The translations under genes and the position numbers were made by a program. The notes under the pieces were generated by a model that saw only the letters and a program-made list of their open reading frames with translations, was not told where the DNA came from and made no database searches. A DNA stretch of 64,000 nucleotides, the filler included, from Pelomyxa schiedti (Eukaryota; Protista; Evosea): NCBI GenBank assembly GCA_020536535.1. It is 14 parts of 14 records of this genome, joined end to end, with 100 filler letters (N's around TTAATTAATTAA, not from the genome) between each part and the next. Parts side by side here need not be neighbours in the genome. Positions count along the whole stretch, not along the records: positions 24,600 to 31,191 come from JAHLWZ010001409.1; positions 31,292 to 32,748 come from JAHLWZ010002493.1; positions 32,849 to 34,302 come from JAHLWZ010002495.1; positions 34,403 to 53,417 come from JAHLWZ010000367.1; 10 more parts are not named here. One strand, given 5' to 3'. Positions 24,600-36,566 of the stretch are shown piece after piece. The first letter of the stretch is position 1, and each line of letters begins with the position of its first letter.

Positions 24600-25170
24600 T
24601 GATTCCGGGTATATTGGCCCTGAACCCAGCGGGTATTTCTTTTCCCAAGTTCGTGTCAAAGTTAACTTTGACATACAGGCTAAATAAAATTGCTATCCCA
24701 CGAGAGAGTCATGCTGACCCCGTCGTAGCTGCCTTGAAAAAGAAGCGGTACTTTTAAAAACCAAATATCTCTCTGCAAACACTCAAATGAGCACAGTGTT
24801 GTTGTTGAACAATTCTTTGGCCGAATGACAGTTTTATGGACATCATTGTTAATACCATACCGTTTTGCTTTAGATACACTGGACACAGATGTGGATGTGA
24901 TGATACTTCTGACAAATGAAAATATCAAGTTTGCCTTTCTTCCCTTAATGCTGCGCACTGAATCTCCCAAGACTGAACAACATGAATGACGAAGACCTGA
25001 AGAATCACCAGAAGTATCTTGGCTTGTTGGCTCAGAATGCAGCCAAGGCCACAGCAAAAGCTGAGAAGAAGCGTGAGAAAGCTAAGGCAACTGCAGCAAA
25101 AAGGGCACGAATTTCAAAAAATGGTCCTGATGAACCCACTGAGTCCCACTTCGCTACCTCCACCTCCTGA
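24600..25170 (+). mobile_element. Degenerate DDE transposase C-terminus (DDE_Tnp_4, Harbinger/ISL2EU-like)
   Basis: DSGYIG at 24601, then VVEQFFGRMTVLW..YRF..LTNENI and a basic tail; interrupted by stops. Confidence 0.65.
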
Positions 25171-26508
25171 TTCAACCATCACTGGTGGCAGCAAGGATGC
25201 ACGAATAAAGCTTCGAAGTCGAATTTCTTCGGCTTTTTTTGTCCTTCGTCGAAGCTTCGAAGCACCACCAGTTCTTCGGCTTCGATTGTTTTTTTTTTCC
25301 TTTTCATCAAAAAGTTGGTCGCCTTAACGACAGTGAGTCGCGAACACTGTGGCAGCATGTGGGAAGTGGATTGTTGCCCCAAACCATGTGTGTCGTAGTT
25401 CCGGCAGAAAAGGAAAGTTTTTCAAGGAATCATCAAATCTCTGAGTCCCCAGTCTACGAACCGACTTGGTTCTGGGCTCGAATCGAAGGTGTGATCGAGG
25501 TCGAAGCTGTTCTTCGATTGTTCCCCCCTTCGTGTGTGGCAGCACCCTCGGGCCATGTTTCTGCTAATGCTGATCTGTTCGAATAGAACACAGTGTTAGA
25601 ATAAAGAGGAACTTAGAAATTTTTTAGATCCCAAAAGTTTCATCACCCGGTAAATCGGTTTTTGGGGAAAACACGATGTGGAAAACGCATTCATGCAGAA
25701 ATAACTCGAGTTATCAGGGGAAAACTCGATTTATTTGGTCTCCACCAAAGTCATACCCCCAAAACTAGACTTTGTTCCAATAGAATTGGAGCAAAAACCC
25801 GTGGCATCAATCGATTTTTTTACTACGACGAATCTCTAATCAAAAACAGGGGGTTTTCGGCTGTTTGATTGGGACCTGGCTCGGGGTGTTGTTTTCATTC
25901 ACCACCATAAACCGTTTTCTTCTCCACTAACCTTATGCTGTTTTTGAAGATGAACCACATGTCAGGTTGATGCTCCCTCTGACTTTGATGCATTACTTGG
26001 TGACCAGTGGCCTTTGCCACTTCAGTTTGAACCCCAGCAATACCAGCAGTCCCAGTCCTTGCAACAATGCTGGTTGCCACCTCCACCATTACAACAGCTT
26101 CCACCTCCACTATTACCATAACAACAGATACCAGCTCCCACACTGTTGCGACCCTCCTTACAAGTGCCTCAAGGCTCCCAGTCACAGCTGCAGCTGGGCC
26201 AAAACCTCTCTTCACTATTACAACTGCCATATTCACAACTACTGCCCTTGTTACAAGTGCTGCAGCAATCAATGCCACCTGCCCAGCAGTGAGTGCTTCT
26301 GTGGGATGTGTAGTTCGTGGTGTGACGGCGAAGCAGAGAACAAGAACGAGATCAAGAAAGGATTCTATTATTTGTTCTGTTTGTTTTGATTTGATTTGTG
26401 AGGATTGGGTCGTGATTCTAAGGTCGGAGTGTGTCGGGCTTATAAGGACTCGAAAACGACTTGAAATCGAGGTGAACGATCAGGTAGATTTCCGCGAACT
26501 TGATTTCC

Positions 26509-29087
26509 TTAGATGTAAGGTACCTCCTTGAACATGTGATGCACTGCCGCTTCAGATTTCCAGATCACTTCAACTTCTGCAAAGCTGGCGGGAGTGTGAG
26601 TATCCAGTTTCTTATCACATTCAGCAGATATATTGGCGAGTTGTTCTTTGACTTTCTCACAAAATTGCTCAAACGTGGGGAAACCGGTTAACTGGAGTTG
26701 GGCTGCCAGTGGAGGTCCTCCAAACGTCTTTTTCGGTTCCACAGTTAGAGTCACACAACACAAAGTAAAGAAGAGGAGGGCGTGATACCGCGAGTTTGTT
26801 CAGTGCACAAGTCAGAAGGGTCAAATAAGGAAGCCAAGGAGCAAGGGCCTGCGGTGTGCGTTCAGCAGATCGAAGTTGGCGGTTCAGCGGATCGAACGTG
26901 CGAGACGGGCTATCAGTTGTGTAAAGAACGATGCTAGCAGCCTCGTCCACTGTAAGAACATTGGTTGGGTTCGCCAGCCATGCGTGCGGAGTGCACAGGT
27001 TGTCGTTGATTGCCTTTTCTTTGGCAAATGCAACTTGCCTCGCGATTTCGGCGTGGAATTCTTCCGGAAACTTCAGTTTGAGGAACATGTTAGTACATAC
27101 AAGGAAGGAACGAAGAGGAAATCGTAAGTTGGGTCCCTCACCTGTGGGGCGGACATCATTGCAGCCACAGCAGCCTCAATGGTCACAGCTTGTGATCCCT
27201 CTGCATTCGGCAGAAGCAAGTCCGAACGTGGGAGTGTCCAAAGGAGTTCCTCGTGGGTGTCCAGCATTCTCTCTTCCATGTGTGAAGGCGTGCACTCCAT
27301 GCAATCATCAGTGATGATGCCAACCGATGTAGTGCCATCAGAGTTCCTCACGCGAACGCAGTCGAACCCTGGCTTGAGTGTGACCTTGCACACAAACAGC
27401 TGCAGGAATATGTTCAGCAGTACTTCTTCCGGCAGGTTCACATTTAACACCTTGACACAGCAAGCCTTGCCGCACCACTTGCACCCCTTAAAAACTGTGC
27501 CTTGCCAGTCCTTCTGCACTAGTATTGCTTCACTCAGGTCCAGCCCTTCCAACACGACGTCGTTGGCCACCAGTCTCGCTTGTATTGCCAACCGCGCAAC
27601 CTCTTTCAGCTTGCCAGTCGTTTTGGTGATCCCCAGAGTACATACTTCAGCCTTCTGGTCAGTGAGTTGCTGCAGCTGCTTCTTAAAGTCCACTGTGATT
27701 GATTCAATGAACTTCTTTGAAGGCTCCTCACAAAGAGATTCTTCAAGCAACGTAGCCGAACTTTGGAACCTTTCAATGCAACTGTGGATGGTTCTTGCTT
27801 TCAGCCTTTCTGGCGTGTCAAACGGGGTGAAAGATAAGAGGACGGTGGAAAACTTGTCCCACCACGTCAGCGATCCGAAGGTTGTCTCTGTGTTGTTCCA
27901 CTTCAAAAGAAACTCCCCAATCATCGAGTTGAAGAGTGGCAGGGACTGAGCCCCTTTGAGGGACCCAGTTCTTTGCAAAATAGGATTTAATTCCACAAGC
28001 TTTGCCATGATATCCTCTCCGAAACGCATGCAACAACTTGGGTTGCTGCAGCGATGGAGAGTTCCAGCTCTTTGAGGTTGTAGCAGGCGTCAATCCAACC
28101 GTCAAGGCACCTCAGAAGTTCAAGCTTCGCTGCAATGATTCTGGGTCTCATTGCATCTTGCAGGAGAATTCCAACTTTGTCCTCCAGTGCTTGCACCTCC
28201 GGAGGTGGTTCCTCTCCGTCCAGGATGTACTCCAAACAGTCTTTTGCAGTAAAGCGTGTAAAGTGCTGTGATGAGTTCTCGTGGGCTTCAATATCGATGG
28301 ATTTGTACTCCTGCTTAATTCCCTCGTAGATTTGATGTAGAAGTTCACCTTCTTTCCTTCTCACCGACTCTTGGTCTTGACGTTGTCTTTTGGTCAAGAG
28401 TGATTCCACAACGTCCATCTTGTTCACCACAAAGAGAATCGGCGTGGGTGTCCCTTTCCACTTGCGAAGGTCCGAGAGAACCTGACGAGCTGATTGTGTG
28501 AAGCAACCCTGACCAGCATTGAGCACGAAGATCACACCAGACACATCGGAGAGATTACTGTATACCGCCGTGTCGAGCTCCTCGTTTTCGGTAACACCAG
28601 GGAAGTCGTGGAGAACCACGTCCTGCAGGAAATCGCAGCCTTCCAGAAGCACTTCCGCACGAGCGACAGTCTCCGTTGCCACTCGGATGTTGACAAACCC
28701 GTCAGGAATCGGACCTTCAAAGAAGTGTGGGCCCATGCGACTGCCGTTCTTCATCACGAGTGTCAACGAGCGCTGCTGCGGACGGTCGCGGCCAGACGGA
28801 GGCAGATCCACTGCACTCGTACTCGTGCATCCTGATCTTGGAGGGGGAGCCATCACCACAGTGGTGCGGCTGGTGCATGCCGCTGTGTCGGTGGGGAAGA
28901 GCTGCTGCCTGAGGAGCACGTTACCTAGGGTGCTCTTTCCGGCCTTGACCTCACCCACAAGGGCCACGCCCACGGGGCGGAAGACGAGGGGGATGTGCCA
29001 CCTGGTGCTTGTGGCGCCGAGAACTCGCGGAATCTGTGCGTCTATCTGAAGCAACTCCTCTCTCGCCCTGCGGAAGGCCCGTAACAT
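26509..29087 (-). CDS. Dynamin-like GTPase fused to a helical region, a kinase N-lobe remnant and an ART-associated helical domain; one frame break near 28020
   Basis: GEVKAGKST, CTS, DFPG, NKMD; GTVFKG..CCVKVL; LTVDEAASIVLYT..LNRQLRS..PWLPYLTLL..ALNKL; phase-0 intron 27071-27141 with TACTAAC. Confidence 0.7.
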
Positions 29088-29453
29088 TTCCGGTGTGAAA
29101 ATGTGTTGTGTTGCTCGGTTCCGTTATTTTTTTTTTTTCGCAACTTAGCGGAAGTGGCTAATCCCCTCCAAACCGAACATACCACCCTTCCCCCCAAGGT
29201 GTTCGTCCTCCACGGGGTGTTCACCTCTCCTCCTCAGAAGATATGCATATATACCCACGCAGAGCAATCCACCCTTCCAAAGGGAGGGAGTTGCAAGGCG
29301 GCCTGCATAGTACAAGTGAGTGCAGTGTGTGCAAGAGAGGTTTAGATTCCCAGGTACCCAGAATTACTATAATTACAGTAATAATAGCGGCGTGAATAGT
29401 AGTGGTAGTAGGAGTTTCCTTTTGGATCTTTTTTATCATGTCAAGGGAAATAC

Positions 29454-30605
29454 TCATGAACTCTTGGTAGAGATTTGAAGGGAGTCTTTTACCAGACTGG
29501 AAGCCTTCCAGAGGAACTCAAACGAATTGAGGGACAGGCTTAGGCTGTCCACACACAGTCTGTTGAAGGATCCAGTCAGGTCAAGAATCAGATGGTCATG
29601 GGCGTTGAACAGAGAAATCACCACCCGCGAGTGGCACTCCTCGACCCACTGGCGAACTTGCGGAATGTAAATGCCCAATACCTGTGTTCGGCTGCCTTCT
29701 TAAGCAGTTCTTGTGCGTCTGTTTCTGGTGTGTTCAAGCTTGTAATTCTGCTCGTGGGGAATATGGTGTGGAGATGGAGAAACACCTGTTCTAACGTGCA
29801 GATACTCTGAAGGTGTTTCTGGCCTTCCAGAAGATCGTCATGGGTTGATGGGATCCAGAAGGAGGACCCTGTTTGCTTCTTCGCCGCTTTGCTGTGCCTC
29901 CAGGTCGTTGAGAATGAAGTCAAGGAGTTCTATTGCTTTTTCAGCAATCCCGGGCCCTTGTAGCCGTACCTGCAGGCCTCTGTAATTAGGTTGAAATTGC
30001 CAATGATGTTCCTGAGTGTGCGGTTTTGGACGTTGGTGATGAAAACCACGAGGTTATTGATCCAATTCGGTGACTTGAAGAGCCCCACAACAAGCCCAAT
30101 TAGTTCTCCAACACCGCCTCCACGCTCCGCAAGAAGGGAATTGTAGTTGATGAGGAGAACCGGAACGGCTGCGCTGCACGCTCTGAGGCAGTCATGGAGG
30201 CCAACCATGTTGGCGACGTCGACGAGGGGACCTGCACTGTCATCAAACCCAGGAGAGTCCACGACAAAGAGCGAGGTGTTTGGTATCGCAATCGATGACG
30301 TGTTCCTCGTCTGTGATCGCTTCCTGTGACCGACCGTCAGCCTCTCGTCCTGTTCCTGTTCAACAACGTCGAGCACGGTAGTGGAAGTGGTTCTGCCGTT
30401 TACTGTGGTGAAATGTTCCTTCTGAATGATCTTGTGTCCAGCAAGAAAGTGTGCAGTGAGTGTCTTCCCTTTGGTAGTTGTGTGAAGGTACATGAGTTTT
30501 TGGGTTCATTTTGTTTTTGAGGAGAGCAGTTGTACCTGCACCGATTGGACCAATAAGAAGAACAATTTTTTTGTTTGTCGCGTTGTGCCACCGTTTTTCT
30601 TGCAC
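29454..30605 (-). pseudogene. TRAFAC-class P-loop GTPase (AIG1/septin-like superfamily), decayed 3' half
   Basis: Intron 30469-30535 restores GPIGAGKT; GH..SQT; VDSPGFDDSAG; frame break near 29960 and stops downstream. Confidence 0.7.
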
Positions 30606-30814
30606 AGCTCGAGCAACTCCGGCAATTGAGAAACAACGTCTGACATGTGGGTTAATAAAAACCCGCTTCGTTCACAGCGTTTTTATTGTAATAACAGATT
30701 TGATCAGGTGATCCTGCATTTGAACGTCGAAAGAATAGAGGTGATCGAGTCGATTACGTACGTAACATTTATCTATTTTAATATTAAAGGTGACAAAAAA
30801 AAAATTTATCTAAC

Positions 30815-31191
30815 CTTTGCAAGAAAAGGCTGTTGTAATGTTTCTTGCACGCAAAGGTTCAAACGGTGAGTATAGCAATGAACCCAAAGGTGGTTCAGTT
30901 GTTGAACCGATGACTCCATATTGGAAGCACCATCAGTAACCTTATTACCTTAGATAAATCAAACTTTAAAGTGATTAAATACCCCGCAATAACTTTCCAT
31001 TGCCATTTAGTAATGATTGCCTGGTGAGTATGTGAAGGAAAAAGCTTTGTAATTAAACAAACCTTAGTACAGTCCAAAATATTGATGGAAGTGTGTTTTT
31101 GGGGTAAGTATACAACCTCCGGAGTAAATTGATGACATAGAAAATTGTCATCCATATAGCGGACTCAAAAAAGTAGTAACAATACACCAGT
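30815..31191 (-). mobile_element. hAT-family transposase remnant
   Basis: HTSINI..KW..KV, then VTDGASNM and HCYTHRLNLCVQ (hAT catalytic Asp and C..H motif), apparently split by short introns. Confidence 0.75.
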
Positions 31192-31304
31192 NNNNNNNNN
31201 NNNNNNNNNNNNNNNNNNNNNNNNNNNNNNNNNNNTTAATTAATTAANNNNNNNNNNNNNNNNNNNNNNNNNNNNNNNNNNNNNNNNNNNNAGTAAAAGA
31301 AATG

Positions 31305-32748
31305 TTACTGCTTCCCAGCGTTCAGAATTCTGAGTTGGGCAATGGCATCAGTATTACCAAGGGAAGCTGCCCTCAGCCACAGTCTCTGTGCCTGATGAAT
31401 GTCCTTGGCAAAACCATCCACACCTTGGCTGTAACGCAATGCAAGATAGTGCAGTGCCTGGGCATCACCAGCATCAGCGGCGTTCTGGAACAGTGACACT
31501 GCCTTGTGAATGTCCATGTCAACACCGTCACCATTTTCATAACAGTCACCAAGGTTGCACATTGCCATGGCACTACCAGCATCAGCGGCCCTCTGATACA
31601 GTGACACTGCCTTGTGAATGTCCATGTCAACACCGTCACCATTTTCATAACATTCACCAAGGATGCACATTGCTGTGGCGCTACCAGCATCGGCAGCCCT
31701 CTGATACAGTGACACTGCCTTGTGAATGTCCATGCCAACACCATCACCATTGTAATAACAGTCACCAAGGTTGCACATTGCCGTGGCATTACCAGCATCA
31801 GAAGCCCTCTGCCACAGTGTGACTGCCTTGTGAATGTCCATGCCAACACCACTGCCATTTTTATAACACAAACCAAGGTTGAACATTGCCTTGGCATCAC
31901 CAGCATCAACAGCCCTCTGATACAGTGTGACTGCCTTGTGAACATCCTTCTCAACACCATTGCCATTTTGATAACACAAACCAAGCCCAAACATTGCGTT
32001 ACCATTACCAGCATCAGAAGCCCTCTGAAACAGTGTGACTGCCTTGTGAATGTCCATGCCAACACCACGGCCATTTTGATAACACACACCAAGGTTGAAC
32101 ATTGCGTTGGGGTCACCAGCATCAACAGCCCTCTGATACAGTGACACAGCCTTGTGAACATCCTTCTCGACACCCTTGCCAAATGCATAATATACACCAA
32201 GGTTGCCAAGTGCAATGGTGCTACCACCATCAACAGCCCTCTGCTGCAGTGCCACTGCCTTGTGAATGTCTTTGGAAACACCATTGCCTCTTTCATAACA
32301 CAAACCAAGGTTGCACATTGCAATGGTGTCACCAGCATCAGCAGCCCTCTGATACAGTGACACTGCCTTGCTGGGGTTCCTGTCAACACCATTGCCATTT
32401 TCATAACACAAACCAAGGTGGCGCATTGCTGTAGCATTACCAGCATCAGCAGCCCTCTGCCACAGTGCCACTGCCTTGTGAATGTCCTTGGTAACACCAT
32501 CCCCATTGTAATAACACGCACCAAGGTTGCGCATTGCGTTGGTGTCACCAGCATCAGAAGCTCTCTGATACAGTGTGACTGCCTTGCGAATGTCCTTATC
32601 AACGCCATTGCCAAATTCATAATATACACCAAGGTTGCCAAGTGCAATGGTGTTACCAGCATCAGCAGCCCTCTGGTGCAGTGACACTGCCTTGTGAATG
32701 TCTTTGGAAACACCATTGCCTCTTTCATAACACAAACCAAGGTTGCAC
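31305..32748 (-). CDS. Sel1-like repeat protein, 3' fragment with about 13 repeats of 36 aa
   Basis: AM.NLG.CY.NG.GV.KDIHKAV.LYQRAADAG units; 108-nt DNA period. Confidence 0.95.
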
Positions 32749-33421
32749 NNNNNNNNNNNNNNNNNNNNNNNNNNNNNNNNNNNNNNNNNNNNTTAATTAA
32801 TTAANNNNNNNNNNNNNNNNNNNNNNNNNNNNNNNNNNNNNNNNNNNNGATCGGAATCCCTCCCTGGACAATTCGACAACATCTTACACAATCCATAGTA
32901 CCTAACCCGTTGAAGTTCCCTCCCCCTTTGTGAGGAAAAAACAGAGCATTACCCCCCTCGCCAAGGTACAAATCCCGCCTAATACCACTGACATTCTTTT
33001 TCTTTTTTGTCCATTTCTTTTTTCCACTTCACAGCACGACTCCGACATTCCTCCTTCCATCAAATTCCACGAAGTGCACCCCTGCCAGCAAGGGTGTGGA
33101 AATCTGATGTTGCGTTGCAGTTTCTGTTGCCTTGGTGGTCCCCTGTTACCATGTTGGTCGTTGACACGCTCAGGCGTTTCTGGTCCTCCTTGTCGCGATT
33201 GTGGTCACAGATACACCCACAAGTTCAGGGGATTTGTTGGGGTAATTGCCCACGCCTTGTTCTGGAGGGAATTCCTGACAAGATTGACGACAGAAGGGAC
33301 ATGTGGAATTTCGCTCGAGTGTGCCGGGTACGTTTTTGCCTAGGAATAAGATAAGAAAAAAAGGAATATTGATGCCACATATAAGCTAGAGATTTACCAT
33401 TAACAAAAGGCATGGAACAGA

Positions 33422-34171
33422 GTGGCAGTGGAAAGAAGGAGTGAACTCGCAAATAAGATTATTGAAGAGGGAAGAAGGAGGGAATCCAATTACCGTAATT
33501 ACGCGCTTTTTGCATGTGTTACTTTCTGGGTTATATTCGCGGGACTGTTATGTATTGCCTATTCCCCTGTTTGTATTTTTCTGGCTTTGTTATGTGGAAT
33601 AGTGACTATCAGCCCTGCGGTTTCACATCCTTTGCCTACGGAAAACCCAATTCTGTGGTGTTCCGGAGTAAGCTTCCTCTACTCATGCAAAGTTATACTC
33701 ACGCTTTGGATCAAATGCAATCTGCACGGAGCGACATCAGTTTGCTATACATTACCCTCATTGGGATTTCTTGCGGTATTTATTATCAGAGCCGGGTTCT
33801 ACAACAATGCGCACGCAGGTGCAGTGGTTTGGCCTGTGCTTATTGGAGTTGGAGTTGCCCTTCTGGCGCTTTTCAGTGCCTGGATCGAATTTATTATCTC
33901 CGCATCAGGCCTGTGCCTGTTATGTGCCGTGCTGTGGTGCACTGTTGTTAGCAACAACACACAGATGACATGGCAGAAGCTTACCTTTGGTGTTACACTG
34001 GACCAATTCTCGGCACCTCCCTGTGAGGTAGGTGCTCTCTTCTCGGCATCTTCGTTGTTCCTGGTTGCTGTCTCCAGTGCAGTGATGAGAATCATCAACC
34101 ACCCCAAAGCCCTGGGCGTCACCATGCTGGTTTTGCAACACGCCTCTGCCTTTTTGCACCTCCATCATTAG
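33422..34171 (+). CDS. Multi-pass membrane protein of unknown function
   Basis: 249-aa ORF with several hydrophobic segments. Confidence 0.5.
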   Translation: MAVERRSELANKIIEEGRRRESNYRNYALFACVTFWVIFAGLLCIAYSPVCIFLALLCGIVTISPAVSHPLPTENPILWCSGVSFLYSCKVILTLWIKCNLHGATSVCYTLPSLGFLAVFIIRAGFYNNAHAGAVVWPVLIGVGVALLALFSAWIEFIISASGLCLLCAVLWCTVVSNNTQMTWQKLTFGVTLDQFSAPPCEVGALFSASSLFLVAVSSAVMRIINHPKALGVTMLVLQHASAFLHLHH

Positions 34172-34402
34172 GTTTCAACATCGCGATTTTTTGAAGTCAT
34201 TCAATCACCAAAGTAGTCCCATGCCTTGAGGAGGTCGCACATCGAGGGTCTTGAGGAGGGGTTCACAGTCCAACACAAGGTCATGAGCTCCTTGGCCCAT
34301 CTNNNNNNNNNNNNNNNNNNNNNNNNNNNNNNNNNNNNNNNNNNNNTTAATTAATTAANNNNNNNNNNNNNNNNNNNNNNNNNNNNNNNNNNNNNNNNNN
34401 NN

Positions 34403-35611
34403 AGGTGCGGCGCCGGCTCCCCGATTTTCCGAGTTATGGGACAGGGCCAAGCCACGTCTTTCGTCCGCATGTTGTGGCTCGATGTCGTGCGTCCCACAAT
34501 CAGGGTTTTCACGCTGGACCTGACGGCATCACCCGTCCCCCACTCCTCGGTGCCGAGGAACCTCCTGTTGCACTTCCCGTTCTCGCCACTCCTCATGAGC
34601 CTCTCATCGTCATCACCAGGCCGAGTCGTGGCTCATGAGCCAACCAGCTCCTACAAAGTTTATGAGGGACTGCCGCCGCCGTTCCCAGAGCTTCCAAATT
34701 CTGGGGCACGAAGTTTCAACGCCAAATGGGTGGTGTGTGTGGACACGTGCTACGAAACAAACAATGCAACCACCACCCGCACTACGACAACAACAGGAAA
34801 CAGCAGTAGCACCAGCAGCATAAGGAATTCCAACAGAATAAGTGATGGAATTGCGAGAATGAGTGTTGCACCACTCAAGGGAGGGTTTGGTGGTGGGACT
34901 GTTGGTGGCGATGGTGCCACGTGTGACGTGGATCGCGCTGTTGTTGTGGATGTGCCCATGGTGCCTGGGTGCCTTGTGGTTCGGGCCTACATGGACCAGT
35001 CTGTCAACAGGGAAGTTGTTCTGGCCCAAATCACTAGGAGTGGTGCTGCGCTGTTTGTTGTCGACATGGAGGAGACTTGCAACAGCAGGAAGTTGGTTGT
35101 TTTGAGCACAGAGAGGTGCGATTTCCCTTCTGCTGTTGATTACTCGTTCTCCTCTCTCGTTGTGCTGAGGAACTGGGATGACCCATCCTCCCCCAGTTAT
35201 GGGTCCCGCACCTTCCTTGTGAAGGCCATTTTGGAACAGAGAAGGAATGAAATTCTCAAGTTCACAGAGGGGGGAGCAAGTTCTTCCCCAGATGGATTCA
35301 TCCAGTGCGACAACATTGATGATGTGTTTCGGCTGTCTGATTCCCTGTTCTGTGTTTCCTCGTGCCTGAAAGAAGGGTCGTTCAGAGTCTATCACCGCGA
35401 CAACGCCACACAACCACTGGATCTGATCCAGGGAACAAAGCTCACACCATGGAAATTCCGCGTTACAGCAGAGTCAGGGTTAATCTTCAAGGTGTTTTTC
35501 ACGAGGATTGAAGTCATTGAGCCAACATCAGGGTGTGTTGTCCTCACAATCAATTTCCCTTATGTCAAGTGGATCCACCTCAGCACCCCATTCTCATGTT
35601 TCTGTTCATAA
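34403..35611 (+). CDS. HPRCG-family protein (RCGAGS subfamily), 5' end cut by a spacer
   Basis: RCGAGSPIFRVMG; FNAKWVVC; VDMEETCNSRKLVVLS; IEVIEPTSGCVVLTI; close paralog of 51944-53242. Confidence 0.8.
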   Translation, partial: RCGAGSPIFRVMGQGQATSFVRMLWLDVVRPTIRVFTLDLTASPVPHSSVPRNLLLHFPFSPLLMSLSSSSPGRVVAHEPTSSYKVYEGLPPPFPELPNSGARSFNAKWVVCVDTCYETNNATTTRTTTTTGNSSSTSSIRNSNRISDGIARMSVAPLKGGFGGGTVGGDGATCDVDRAVVVDVPMVPGCLVVRAYMDQSVNREVVLAQITRSGAALFVVDMEETCNSRKLVVLSTERCDFPSAVDYSFSSLVVLRNWDDPSSPSYGSRTFLVKAILEQRRNEILKFTEGGASSSPDGFIQCDNIDDVFRLSDSLFCVSSCLKEGSFRVYHRDNATQPLDLIQGTKLTPWKFRVTAESGLIFKVFFTRIEVIEPTSGCVVLTINFPYVKWIHLSTPFSCFCS

Positions 35612-35624
35612 AAAAAGTATTTAA

Positions 35625-36530
35625 CTCGGTGACCAGTCCCACAAAAAGTGGGTGCACAGTGAACCAGTGTTCAGCTTGAGGTGGTAGTCCTTGTTGTGCT
35701 GCCAGAATTGTGATCATAATGAAGCCGGCCATTGTGTCCATCACCAACAGCCTGGTGGCTTGCATGTGCACACCCAGTCTCCACAACCCTCAGTGGTTGT
35801 TCAAATTTGTTACACTACGAAAACAACACCACTTGATCTCATTGCACAAGCAGAACTGCACGCATGGAAAACAGACCCCTGGCTTACTTGTGCATAAGCA
35901 ACCACAACAAGCTTCTTTGATGTAAATGTGCTGCCAACATCAATCAATATGAACACAGTGGTGCTGTTCCCAAGGTCAGAGTTGCACAGGTCCTCCAGAT
36001 CAAGCAAGTTTCTTCACTTCTGCCAACAAAGTCTGGTTGAGCCCTCTGAGTTGGTGCCCTACGAGCACAGGGCATGTGGGAGCAGTCCTCCAGCATCAGG
36101 TGCTGCTGAAATAGAAAAACAAATTTCTTCTCCTCGCCATGACACACTCTGAGCAGAATTGACACCAGAAAGGAGGTGTTTATCAGGGCAAACCAACAGC
36201 AGAAAGTGACAAAGTCTGGTTGAGCCCTCTGAGTTGGTGCCCTACAAGACTGTGGTACATGAGGTGGCACCACACAAAAATGGTTCTCTTCGTTCACACA
36301 TTTTTGTGTGGTTGCCTTTTCTCTTCCTCCTCCTATGCTGCACATCAAAAGTGACTCCTTACTGCCCCTGGGCCCCAAACCCTGCTGTTTGTGAAACACA
36401 TTGACCAGTCAAATGGAGGCATCCAACTCATAGAGGAATACCAGATACTATCATACGCACCACCAACACGAAGGTGTTGTGTGCCATCATCGTCAACTCC
36501 TAAGAAGTGAATGAAGGGTGACTTAACTTC
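35625..36530 (-). pseudogene. Fragmented HPRCG-family paralog of 37969-39201
   Basis: NSDLGNSTTVFILIDVGSTF, AMRSSGVVFV, LLVMDTMAGFIM spread over several frames; internal 35-nt direct repeat near 36028 and 36210. Confidence 0.6.
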
Positions 36531-36566
36531 AACAAAACTTTTTTTCTGAACCAGAAACCGTTGGGG

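Noticed and set aside
25895-26389. Cys/His-rich ORF suggesting a metal-binding protein, and TGA-interrupted Cys-rich frame suggesting recoding
   Set aside because: Better explained as off-frame readings of a decayed Pro/Gln-rich stretch; other genes here end normally at TGA
31373-32740. Long overlapping ORFs in alternative frames and on the opposite strand of the Sel1 gene
   Set aside because: Shadow ORFs produced by a stop-free 108-nt tandem unit
31305-32748. CRISPR-like periodicity
   Set aside because: Units are contiguous coding repeats with no unique spacers, and no cas genes are present
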